29,459 bases of DNA, from the IMG/VR virus record IMGVR_UViG_3300043173_000402, positions 1-29,459 of that record; one strand, written 5' to 3'. Below, in pieces: positions 14,763 to 23,837 of the stretch; the first letter of the stretch is position 1, and each line of letters begins with the position of its first letter. Both the position numbers and the translations under genes were made by a program. The notes under the pieces were generated by a model, which ran no database searches, was not told the origin of the DNA, and saw only the letters and a program-made list of their open reading frames with translations. Source of the DNA: a virus (Duplodnaviria; Caudoviricetes).

Positions 14763-15113
14763 TCATCCTTTCAGGTGGTTCGCGATCCACCACCCGGCCG
14801 CGCTGAGCCCGGCGCCGATCCCGCCGAACAGGGTCCGCTTCTGTGACTTTGAGAGCCCGCCACTATGTTGGGCCTTCGTCGCCTTCGCGTGTGCCCGGTC
14901 GATGTCCGTGCGGTGGTCGTCGAAGCGCCGGTCATCGTCACGCATGTGGCCGTCCAGGCGCTCGCCGAAAAGCGCCTGTGTGCTCTCGATTCGCTCGGTC
15001 GACGCGCGAAGGTCGTCCTGGTGCTCGCGTATCACGACCAGCTCGTCCTTCATGGCATCCTGGCCGCCCTTGATCTCGCCGAGCAGGTAGAGGGTCTGGC
15101 TGTCGTCAGGCAT
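14763..15113 (-). CDS. Coiled-coil protein with a C-terminal TM segment
   Basis: TGATG coupling to the tail fibre; ends TLFGGIGAGLSAAGWWIA; a type of gene common before lysis cassettes. Confidence 0.7.
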   Translation of the reverse strand: MPDDSQTLYLLGEIKGGQDAMKDELVVIREHQDDLRASTERIESTQALFGERLDGHMRDDDRRFDDHRTDIDRAHAKATKAQHSGGLSKSQKRTLFGGIGAGLSAAGWWIANHLKG

Positions 15114-16765
15114 CAAGCCACCTTGATGATCGAGATGGACGCAGACTCGATGTCGAGAGAGAGCGCGCCGACGGTATCGGTCTGTGTGACGCGCGCCCGG
15201 ACGACGTCGCCACCCGAGAGGAGAGTCGAGCCCGTGATCGTGTCCTCGTACAGTTCGCCCGTCGCTGTCTCACGCTGTGACTTCGCGATCGCGACGTTGG
15301 TCACGGTGATCTCCTGGAAGTGGTCTCGACCGTTCGTGGCAGGACCGGCCCACTCGTAATTGATCGTGATCCAGTACGTGCCGTCGGCTCCGGTGGGGCA
15401 GGTGAACTCCTCGCCGGCCGTGTCAGCGCCAGGTGTGTGCCAGGCTCCGACTTCGTCCGTGTCCGCTGCCGTGAACTGGATGTTGGTAGCAGTCCCGTCG
15501 GACATGGTCTGACTCGTCGTCTTGTTCCCCTTCACCCGACTCTGCGTCGGCAGGTTCAGGTTGCCTGTCGGGTCGATCAGCACGGCCTCGACGCCGGCCG
15601 TGCCGAGCGCCAGCGAGTCGTCATCCGGGAAGTACATCCCCGAGTCGTCGCGGTTCGCGATGTCGCACGTGTAGAAGGGCTGCGCCGCGGATCCCGCGAC
15701 GCCTGCTCGGACGTTCGTCTCCCGGATCAGCAGGACGTCATTCGAGTTGGCGGCGATGCCAATCTCGTTCGCCGCGTGGCGATAGAACCCGAGCCCGGCT
15801 TCTGTGTGGAAGCGTAGCGACGGCGTGCCGGCCGATCCGGGCAGGACAGAGAGGCCGCTGACGCTCAGGCGCACACGTTCGGTCGACGCCGTCGAGTAGG
15901 AGAGCACGCTCGCCGCGCTCCGGTACAGGCCCGCGTTCGCGTCGATCTGTGGCTCGCCGACTGTCCCACCAGCGACGCTCACCGTGCCGTCGCCAAGCCC
16001 GATCCGAGGGCTCGCCGCCGAGCCGCCAGCGATGATCTGCGCCGTGCTCGCGTCGCCGTCCGTGTTGTCCGTGAAGCCTGAGAGATAGCGGACGATGTTG
16101 TCGAGACGTGTGTGTGCCCCGAGGTAGGTCTTCACGATCGGGTTGAACGGGGTCACCGGGTCGTGGTCGGGATTGAAGAGCGTCGCCACCGGCTCCGTTC
16201 GCATCTCGTACCACTCGTCACCATCCAGGTAGGTCTCGATCTGGCTCGTGACGGACGTGAAGACGGTCCCATCCCACTCCGCTTCGTAGATGTCGAACAG
16301 CTGGGAGCCCCCGCCCGCCGAAGCCGAGCACATGCCGTTCGCGTCCATCGCGATGAACGCAGGGCTGATCGGCGAGCCGCCAAGCCCGACGCCGGGCACG
16401 AGCTGTGCGACGACATCTATGCGGTTTCGCAACAGGAGCATCGGCCCAAGGCTGACGTCCAGGTTCGCTGCGTCGCCACCGTTGATCGTCACGATCACGG
16501 ACGACGTGCCGATGCGCCCGGTATCGGAGACGGGGTTCAGGATCGCCGTGTCGCTCGTGACCATGATGTCGAGACCGAGCACGGAGTTGGGTCCAGCGAT
16601 CGCCTTCACTTCGTCGATCACCGAGTTGATCGTGGCCTGGAGAGTCGAGAAGTTGAGGTCCAGGTCGGTCGCGGTCGCGAAGTATTGGCTGACGGACGGG
16701 ATGCCCTGGCCACCTGCGAAGTTGACCAGATACGTTCCTGCTCCGACAACGATCGGGGTCGCCAT
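15113..16765 (-). CDS. Tail fibre / receptor-binding protein
   Basis: Three GS(A)xxP...G(L/F/M)Y fibre repeats and a C-terminal beta-sandwich (C1q-like) head; last gene of the tail module. Confidence 0.75.
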   Translation of the reverse strand: MATPIVVGAGTYLVNFAGGQGIPSVSQYFATATDLDLNFSTLQATINSVIDEVKAIAGPNSVLGLDIMVTSDTAILNPVSDTGRIGTSSVIVTINGGDAANLDVSLGPMLLLRNRIDVVAQLVPGVGLGGSPISPAFIAMDANGMCSASAGGGSQLFDIYEAEWDGTVFTSVTSQIETYLDGDEWYEMRTEPVATLFNPDHDPVTPFNPIVKTYLGAHTRLDNIVRYLSGFTDNTDGDASTAQIIAGGSAASPRIGLGDGTVSVAGGTVGEPQIDANAGLYRSAASVLSYSTASTERVRLSVSGLSVLPGSAGTPSLRFHTEAGLGFYRHAANEIGIAANSNDVLLIRETNVRAGVAGSAAQPFYTCDIANRDDSGMYFPDDDSLALGTAGVEAVLIDPTGNLNLPTQSRVKGNKTTSQTMSDGTATNIQFTAADTDEVGAWHTPGADTAGEEFTCPTGADGTYWITINYEWAGPATNGRDHFQEITVTNVAIAKSQRETATGELYEDTITGSTLLSGGDVVRARVTQTDTVGALSLDIESASISIIKVA

Positions 16766-16774
16766 GATGCTCTC

Positions 16775-17494
16775 CTAAACCGGGTTGCCGTCGGCGTCTT
16801 CGAGACGGGAGAACGGCATGAAGGTCACGCCATCGTTCCACAGACTCGTCCCGACGACCCCGAGTGTGACGCCGGTCTGGATGGGCTCGTCTGTCAGGGC
16901 TTCGCTCACCGTGAGCACGAGTGTAGTGGGGTCGCCGCTGACGGTCACGATCCCGTCGTTCAGGAGCGTCCCTGCGAGCCTGCAGCTCTGTGTGTCCAGG
17001 AAGCCATCGACGAGCCAGCTCCCGGCGTCGCGTGTGAGCGTGTCGCCCGCTGCTGCGATCGTGATCCCAGGATTGCCCTTCAGGGCGTTCGGGCCCATGT
17101 GGTGCTCCAACGGGAAGAAGGTTCGATGGAAGCCCACGCTGCTCGCGGACACGAGCAGCCCGGTCTCCAGCGAGTAGATGGTCTCGACCTTCTCTTGGAT
17201 CGTCGTGTCGCCCGGCCCGATCACGAGCAGTCGTCCGAGCGCTGTGCGCCTGACCTTCACGGTCTGGTTCAGCTGGGCATAGAAACGGTTCCCGCTTCCG
17301 CTGCCCTTGATCGGGACGTTCTTGACGACCTTCTCGCTACCGATGTCGAGGTCCACAGCCCAGTTCGGCGCGCCGTTCGCAGACTGATCGAAGTCGATGA
17401 GCTCGGGTGTGGAGATGACCGTGGCGATGAACTCGCGCTCACGCCCGATGATCTCTCGTCGGATCAGATTCTTGAGCGGGTCACCCTCGGCCAT
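16775..17494 (-). CDS. Minor tail protein
   Basis: Start MAEGDPLKN at a TGATG overlap; follows the hub-like gene. Confidence 0.6.
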   Translation of the reverse strand: MAEGDPLKNLIRREIIGREREFIATVISTPELIDFDQSANGAPNWAVDLDIGSEKVVKNVPIKGSGSGNRFYAQLNQTVKVRRTALGRLLVIGPGDTTIQEKVETIYSLETGLLVSASSVGFHRTFFPLEHHMGPNALKGNPGITIAAAGDTLTRDAGSWLVDGFLDTQSCRLAGTLLNDGIVTVSGDPTTLVLTVSEALTDEPIQTGVTLGVVGTSLWNDGVTFMPFSRLEDADGNPV

Positions 17495-19182
17495 CAGGTC
17501 GCCCTCGAGATGTTGGTGGTGACCTCGAAGCACTTCACGTTCGCGATCACGTCCTTGCCGCGCTGCAGCGTGTACCTGATCGAGTCCACGAGGAAGCGAC
17601 GATCGCTCGCGAGAAGGTCGAACGTGTCGTCAGGCTCCAGCGCCAGGTCCAGGAACATCGTCGCGTTGCGCGGGCGACCACGCGCCTGCTGTCGGAACAG
17701 CAGCTCGCGCGCGATCACCTTGGCGTCCGTTCGATTGTCCACCAGGTGATTCTCCACCACGACCTCGTTGCGATCGAACGCGCCGACGCCCTCGACGACT
17801 GCACCCTCACGGATCTCCGAGTACACGTACTCGAACGGGTCACCCATGAATTGGTACTGCCCGCGCCCGAGCTTCGTCATCATGTGCAGCGCGGCGGCGA
17901 GCGAGATGGCCTGCGCGAGTCGCCCGACGCTGAACGTGAAGCCGAAGACGGTAACGAGTCCGAAGCCAACGCCTGCAGCTGTGACCGTATCAGGGAAGGC
18001 AGCGAGCGTGACGTGTGTGACGAGCAGCAGCGAAGCGAGCCAGGGCGCGAAGCCCGTGCTGATCTGGATGTTGAACCCGATCGTCCCGACCTGCATCAGG
18101 GATGGCGACGCGAGTGCTGTGAATATCTCGCCGCCGCCGAGCCCCGACATGCCGCCGTTGACGCTCTTGAGAACCACGGGTGTGACGTTGTCTGCGAGCT
18201 TCGTGTGGTCGTCGCTCCAGAACACTTCGAGGTTCTCGCCGTTCGTGAAGTAGCCAGTCGTGACGTTCATCTCTGCGATCAGCTGCCTGGGCTGATCGAC
18301 GCGCGACAGGTTGAAGTCGAGCCCGACGACACACACGGCGTCCGGTGGCTGCACTTCGGTCTGGGGACGAGTGATGCCGATGAACGCGTCATCCGTCTCA
18401 TAGAAGCGATCGCTGTTCCCCGTCACGACGCCCGACGTCTGTGTGAGGACCCCAGAGCCATCGAACTTCGGCATGAGCAAATCGGTCAGCATGATCTTCG
18501 CGAGCATCGACATCGGATTCTCTTTGGCGAGCGTCACAGACGAGTGCTCCACCAGGTGTGTGCCCCAGCCTCCGAAGTTGAACTCTCCCGCGGCGAGACC
18601 CATCTCTGACCCGGCTACCGAAGTCGCCATCTGCAGGTACGTGGTCCCGTCGTTCTTGAACTCGGACGACGTGCGCTCGAACGGGATGAAGGTCGCCTCG
18701 CGCCCGTATGCCTTGATGTTGATCTCGAAGCGAAGCCCGACGCGTGTGGGCGTGTAGCCCGCCTGCCCAGCGATCCGACCTGTGAAGACGTTCACCCAGT
18801 CGATCTCCGGCACACGCTCGTCGCCGATCTTCAGCCTCACGACGTTCCCGCGCCGGAAGAACCGCCCGAGCGCTTCCGGGTCGTCGATCGCCCCGTGCGG
18901 GTCCAGCGTGCCGTCGGAGTCGATGATCTTGGCGGAGAGCGTGGACGCAGCGACGCCGCTCTGGATGTAGTCGCCCGAGCGCGCATCGTGTGTGACGCTC
19001 TCCAGGTACGGGGTCACGTCGAGCGGGCCCGTGATCAGCGCGATCGCGTTGTCCAGTACCACGTCAGCGATCGTGTTCGCCCCGGAGCGTGTGTCCCAGA
19101 TTTCAAGCTTCCACGCCGGCTGGAGCTTCGTCGTGTTGCCGAGTCCGATCTGGTCAAGCGAGAGCGGGAGAGGGCGAGCCAT
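17494..19182 (-). CDS. Tail tip / baseplate hub-like protein
   Basis: Start MARPLPL at a TAATG overlap; VFTGRI near the N-terminus and LALEPDDTF...FLVDSIRY at the C-terminus, typical of hub proteins; internal hydrophobic segment. Confidence 0.65.
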   Translation of the reverse strand: MARPLPLSLDQIGLGNTTKLQPAWKLEIWDTRSGANTIADVVLDNAIALITGPLDVTPYLESVTHDARSGDYIQSGVAASTLSAKIIDSDGTLDPHGAIDDPEALGRFFRRGNVVRLKIGDERVPEIDWVNVFTGRIAGQAGYTPTRVGLRFEINIKAYGREATFIPFERTSSEFKNDGTTYLQMATSVAGSEMGLAAGEFNFGGWGTHLVEHSSVTLAKENPMSMLAKIMLTDLLMPKFDGSGVLTQTSGVVTGNSDRFYETDDAFIGITRPQTEVQPPDAVCVVGLDFNLSRVDQPRQLIAEMNVTTGYFTNGENLEVFWSDDHTKLADNVTPVVLKSVNGGMSGLGGGEIFTALASPSLMQVGTIGFNIQISTGFAPWLASLLLVTHVTLAAFPDTVTAAGVGFGLVTVFGFTFSVGRLAQAISLAAALHMMTKLGRGQYQFMGDPFEYVYSEIREGAVVEGVGAFDRNEVVVENHLVDNRTDAKVIARELLFRQQARGRPRNATMFLDLALEPDDTFDLLASDRRFLVDSIRYTLQRGKDVIANVKCFEVTTNISRAT

Positions 19183-19811
19183 TACGCCGTCGCCTCCGAG
19201 ACGATGTGGTGGTGGATCGTTACTGACTGGTCGATGAATCCTGTCGGCTCGACGTCCAGCCCGTCGAAGGGGCTGTCGATCGTGTTCGACGAGTTGCCAC
19301 GGAACTCGTTGACCGTGTAGACCGAAGCGCCCGAGCCCGCGCCGACGACCAGCTTGAACAGTTCGATATTGTAAGTCTTGAGCGAGCGATACGCGGGCGA
19401 CCACTGGATGTAGGTCTGCGCGGTCGAAGAGAACGGGGGCGGGTTGCGAAGGTACTCGTAGAGCTGGCGGAACATGAACGTGGGCATGGACACACGGCGG
19501 CCCTCCTGGCCGCCCCAGGTCTCTTCACACACGACGTCGATCATCAGCCCTTCCTGGCGGACCAGCTTGCTCGAGGTGCCGGTCTTGACCAGCCGTGCGT
19601 CGGGCGCCAGGAGCACTTCGTTGTCGAGGTTCGTCGTGAAGTCGGGATTGAACTGGTAAGCGATCGGAGCGAAGTTGAGCGTGTCCGGGTGTGCGAGAAG
19701 TCCCGACGCGGTCGGGTCGCCCTCCTGGCCGACGCTCAGGATCACGAGCGACGACACCACGACGGTCGGAGCTCCAAGCCCGATGATGAACGTGCTCGCC
19801 GCTGTCGCCAT
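19182..19811 (-). CDS. Minor tail protein (distal-tail-like)
   Basis: 209 aa, immediately before the hub-like gene; coupled on both sides. Confidence 0.5.
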   Translation of the reverse strand: MATAASTFIIGLGAPTVVVSSLVILSVGQEGDPTASGLLAHPDTLNFAPIAYQFNPDFTTNLDNEVLLAPDARLVKTGTSSKLVRQEGLMIDVVCEETWGGQEGRRVSMPTFMFRQLYEYLRNPPPFSSTAQTYIQWSPAYRSLKTYNIELFKLVVGAGSGASVYTVNEFRGNSSNTIDSPFDGLDVEPTGFIDQSVTIHHHIVSEATA

Positions 19812-21778
19812 CAGTTCACCTCTACGCTGAACGAGACCGTCATGCCGATCGAAGGGTCGTCAGTCGGGCTGATGTACGTCCGTCGCACAGGCAGCCCGGA
19901 GTCGTCACTCACGTCCCCGCTCTGGGCGTTGAGAGTACCAGGGCCTGCGGTCTGTGTGATCACGACCGTCTTGCCTGGGATCGACGTGCCTGTGGCTCGA
20001 TCGCGAATGATCGCCTGGACGCGCGCTCCGGCCTTCAGGCGCAGGGCGCGATCCGGCCCCAGGATCATCTCCTCGTCCGCCCCGAGCACGTCCACCACCA
20101 CCATGAACGAGCCCGTGGTGATCGTCGCCGCGTTGCCCCCGAAGACCTGGAACACGCATCGCTTCGCCAGGGGGATCGGCTCCGTGTTCGGCTTGAACCT
20201 GAGCTTGATGAAGACCGGGTAGAACTGGTTGTTGTCGATCTGGTCGTGCTCCACGGGCGAATCGAACTCGGCCAGCGCGTACGTGCGCGGGCGCCCGAAG
20301 CGCTCGTGGCCGTCGATCCCCATCACGAAGTTGGAGACGCGCGACAACGGGGGCTCGTCCTCTTCGTCAACGATCCCGAGCACGGTCAGCTCGCTGCCGA
20401 CCTTCTCACCGAAGGCGATGTCGCACACGAGCGGGCCAGGGTCGATCGGCTGGACGTAGAATCGGAACGCGGAGATGTTCGAGCCGGTGACGTTCCAGCA
20501 GTAGAGCAGCCGTGACTTCTGGACGCGTGCGACGCTCTGTGTGTTGCTGAACGCGCTCCAGACTCCGTTCGGAGGCCACAGTCGATAGACGTCGCTGGCG
20601 GCGGCGTCAAAGTCGAGGTCGCCGTCCACGGTGAACGTGCCGGTCGTGTCGTCGAAGTCGATGACCTCGCGCGCCACGTTCTCGTTGTCCCCGCTCTCGA
20701 ACACGAGCCAGCTCTCGACTGGATCCAACACGATCGGAGCCGGTAGCTCCTCGCCGTCCCCGTACCCAGCCAGGAGTGCGATCGCTCCGTCCGACAGGTA
20801 GTCGTCCCAGGTCATGATCGAGTGGATGTTCCCGTGGAAATCCCAGAAGCCGGCGCGCACCGATCCGAAGCCGGCGTCCAGTGTGCCGTCGTCGTCACGC
20901 ACGAGCGAAGCGTCGAAGGTCGTCAGCGTGTAGCTGGTCTCCTTGACGCCGTCGATGAAGATGTCGCACTCCTGAGTCGAGAGCCTGTGGCGCGCGGCGA
21001 CGTGTGTCCACGTGTTCAGCGTGAGAGTCGTGTCGCTGATGTACTCGATCTCTCGCACCGTCCCGGCGTCGTCGTGGACGTTGTAGGTAACGCGCCCGGA
21101 ATTCCCGCCGGTCGTCTGCGCGAGCGACAGAAGAAGAAAGTTGGCGTCGGTCTCGCCCGACGCGGTGTGCTGGGGCTTGATGCAGAAGATGGTGAGCGCG
21201 TCGCTGCCGGCGCTGAAGCTTGTCGGGTAGATCCACGCCGCCACCGTGTACTCGTCTCCGTCTGATGACCAATCTTCATCTACCCTGAACATCCCCTTCG
21301 GTGAGCCGTTCAACGGGTAGCTGGAGCGCTGGCGGAACATCACGTCAGGCGCGTTGTCGGGTGCCGTGACGTCCTGCGAGCCGCTTCCCAGGGCCGGACC
21401 GTGTGCGGCGTTGAAGTCGTGGGGGTCCAGGCCGTAGTCCACACCACGATCGCCACCGCCGCTCTCGTCGTTCGGGTCGTAGGTCAGACGCCACCAGTGC
21501 TTCAGGTTCGCAGCGTTGCCTGCCGTGTAAGCCCCGCTCGACTGTGTGGGGTTTCGAGGGTCGCCAGCCGAAGGGGCGGGCGGGAAGCCGAACCCTGTGA
21601 TCTGGGTCTCGTCCGTGAAGATGTGCTTGGGCGTCGCGGAGACGGACGACAGGGATGACTCGAGGAACTGACCCTGTGTGCTGCTTCGCCGGCCAGACAG
21701 GGACGCGTTCGGATCGAGCTGTGGCTGCCCGCCCGTGTCGTTCGCGCTCCCGAGATTCCAGTTAATGTCCTGGTTCAT
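19811..21778 (-). CDS. Virion protein with LamG/concanavalin-A-like domain
   Basis: LKHWWRL, YTVAAWIYP, LNTWTHVAA, IFIDGV, FHGNIHSIMTWDDYLS. Confidence 0.8.
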   Translation of the reverse strand: MNQDINWNLGSANDTGGQPQLDPNASLSGRRSSTQGQFLESSLSSVSATPKHIFTDETQITGFGFPPAPSAGDPRNPTQSSGAYTAGNAANLKHWWRLTYDPNDESGGGDRGVDYGLDPHDFNAAHGPALGSGSQDVTAPDNAPDVMFRQRSSYPLNGSPKGMFRVDEDWSSDGDEYTVAAWIYPTSFSAGSDALTIFCIKPQHTASGETDANFLLLSLAQTTGGNSGRVTYNVHDDAGTVREIEYISDTTLTLNTWTHVAARHRLSTQECDIFIDGVKETSYTLTTFDASLVRDDDGTLDAGFGSVRAGFWDFHGNIHSIMTWDDYLSDGAIALLAGYGDGEELPAPIVLDPVESWLVFESGDNENVAREVIDFDDTTGTFTVDGDLDFDAAASDVYRLWPPNGVWSAFSNTQSVARVQKSRLLYCWNVTGSNISAFRFYVQPIDPGPLVCDIAFGEKVGSELTVLGIVDEEDEPPLSRVSNFVMGIDGHERFGRPRTYALAEFDSPVEHDQIDNNQFYPVFIKLRFKPNTEPIPLAKRCVFQVFGGNAATITTGSFMVVVDVLGADEEMILGPDRALRLKAGARVQAIIRDRATGTSIPGKTVVITQTAGPGTLNAQSGDVSDDSGLPVRRTYISPTDDPSIGMTVSFSVEVN

Positions 21779-23397
21779 GTGGTCGTCACAGTCAGCTGGT
21801 CAACGAAGCCCTCGTCAGTCGGCGTGTCGGCGTACTTGACGCGCGTGAAGGCTTCGCCGTTCTCGTCCGTGATCGCCGTCGTCACGAGGAGCTGGCCGAA
21901 GGCGGGCGTCTGGAGAGACGACGGGTGCGTGTAGTCGATCGTGTAGACCTCGCCACCGCCGAGCGGCTTCGGGCCCACGAAGTGGATCGAGCCGGTCGAT
22001 TCCGTAACCGTGTAGTGTGTGGGGTCCACCAGCTCGCTCCCATCTTCATAAATAGCGAACGGGAAGTTGGAGTTGCGGTCGATCGGGAAGAAGTCCACCA
22101 CGACGGTCTCGCCGGGCGTGCCGGTCGTCGGCAGCGTCTCGTTCTGCGTAGAGAGCCGCGAGAGCGACCACGTGACGTCTTGCCCGCCGACTCGCTCCCC
22201 CAGGTCGCCTACCGCTTCGGAGCCCACGATGACGATCCTGTTCGTCACGACGTCCTGGCGCGCCGAGGGCTTCGTCATCTCTGCAGTCACGGCCGCGATG
22301 GTCATCTCCATGATCGTCGTGTGGTAGACAAAGTTGGTGAAGTAGTCGGCTGCGCTTCCGGCCTCCTCGCTGTAGATGACAGACGGGCGTCCGGTCTGGC
22401 GATTGATCTTGATCCGCCCGACGCCGCTGCTGGTCGATGGCACCTCGTTCGAGAGCAGACCAGGGAATGAAGCGTTTGAGGCTTCAAGGTCGAACGTCAT
22501 ACGTGTGATGAGACGCTCTTGCATGTGTGTGCGAATCGGGGTGCCTGTGAGCGTCTCGGGGTTCCACTCGATCATGCGAATGAAGTGGTTCTCCGAGGCG
22601 CTCGACGAGAGAAGGAGCTGACCCTTCGGCGCGCTCGCAAGCGAGTCGTCGTCGGGGAGGAACTGCAGCGCGTCCATCTCGACACGCGCCTCGCCGAACA
22701 GCTCGCCTGACTGACCGGCGTTGTCGGGGCTGGTCTTGTAGAGCGACGGGAGCGCGAGGAACGGTGTGGCGAAGCCGGTCTGGAGATTGACAAGGCAGGT
22801 GATCTCCGTGTAGAGGGCCGTGGCGTCGCGACACTGTGTGCTCGTGATCAGCGCCGTGCCCACGGTGTTACCAGAGCCATCGTGATCCCAGCCCTCGAAG
22901 AACAGCCACTCGGTGTCGTCGTTCGTATCGTACCAGCCGATGTCGCCAGAGCCGAAGCCGGCCACGGTGTTCGATCGCGTCGACACGTTCGGGAACACGT
23001 TGGGCGTCAGGATCGTGTCCGGCTGGTTGTAGTCGACCAGGTTGAAGGGGTCGCCCGGGAAGCCGATGTCCTCGACCGAGAATAGGTTCTGCTCTCCGGT
23101 GCTCGGGACGTAGGCGCCGATGTGGAAGAAGAAGTCGGCGCCGTGGGCGAGCCGCTTGATGGCGGCGCTCGTGTTGTCGATCCCGAGCGGGTCGATCCTG
23201 CAGGTGCCGGCTCGGATGCCGGTCTCGACAAAGTCTGCCTGCCATAGCCCGAGCCGGTCCAGCCACAGCAAGCTGTTGCGCGTGCTGCCAGCCTTGCCCT
23301 GAAGCCAGGTCGGCTCGCCGCCCGTCTGGCCGGTCGCGTACTTGCCACCGCGCATGTACTCGGTGATGTCGCTGTTCTGGAAGACGCCCAGGCTCAC
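21775..23397 (-). CDS. Virion structural protein with a split Ig-like C-terminal region
   Basis: GTG start at a GTGA overlap (MSLGVFQNS...); ...VGGQDVTW... and ...TDENGEAFT... motifs. Confidence 0.6.
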   Translation of the reverse strand: MSLGVFQNSDITEYMRGGKYATGQTGGEPTWLQGKAGSTRNSLLWLDRLGLWQADFVETGIRAGTCRIDPLGIDNTSAAIKRLAHGADFFFHIGAYVPSTGEQNLFSVEDIGFPGDPFNLVDYNQPDTILTPNVFPNVSTRSNTVAGFGSGDIGWYDTNDDTEWLFFEGWDHDGSGNTVGTALITSTQCRDATALYTEITCLVNLQTGFATPFLALPSLYKTSPDNAGQSGELFGEARVEMDALQFLPDDDSLASAPKGQLLLSSSASENHFIRMIEWNPETLTGTPIRTHMQERLITRMTFDLEASNASFPGLLSNEVPSTSSGVGRIKINRQTGRPSVIYSEEAGSAADYFTNFVYHTTIMEMTIAAVTAEMTKPSARQDVVTNRIVIVGSEAVGDLGERVGGQDVTWSLSRLSTQNETLPTTGTPGETVVVDFFPIDRNSNFPFAIYEDGSELVDPTHYTVTESTGSIHFVGPKPLGGGEVYTIDYTHPSSLQTPAFGQLLVTTAITDENGEAFTRVKYADTPTDEGFVDQLTVTTT

Positions 23398-23828
23398 TTC
23401 GCGCCTCCGTTCGTTCCGACAGGCGGCATCGTCACACCAGCCATACCACCAGCCATTCCGGCCAGGGCCTGCTTCAGCATGTCCGGGGGGAGTCCCAGGT
23501 CCTCGAACGTCTTCCGCATGATCTCGGCCGTGTCGGGAAGCTTGGGAGTCTCCGACGCCTTGTCGACCAGCGTGCGAAGCGCTTCGGCGAGCTTGTTCAT
23601 CGACTCGGCGAGCGTCGCGTTCTGCTTCGCGAGGATCTCCTGGTACTCCATCACGCCCTGGAGCTGCATCATCAGCGCCCACTGCAGCGCGCCGGGGACG
23701 CTCATGTCGGCGTCGTCGAGGATGTCGGTCAGGAGACTGACCTGGATCGACTTGCCCGTGTCCGAGCGAGTGAACGTCAGGGTCTCGTGTGCCAGCTCCA
23801 TCTTGGGCTGGAAGGTCTCTGCGGGCAT
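23394..23828 (-). CDS. Hypothetical protein after the tape measure
   Basis: AGGAG RBS; coiled coil; fills the gap. Confidence 0.65.
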   Translation of the reverse strand: MPAETFQPKMELAHETLTFTRSDTGKSIQVSLLTDILDDADMSVPGALQWALMMQLQGVMEYQEILAKQNATLAESMNKLAEALRTLVDKASETPKLPDTAEIMRKTFEDLGLPPDMLKQALAGMAGGMAGVTMPPVGTNGGAK

Positions 23829-23837
23829 TGTGTGCTC

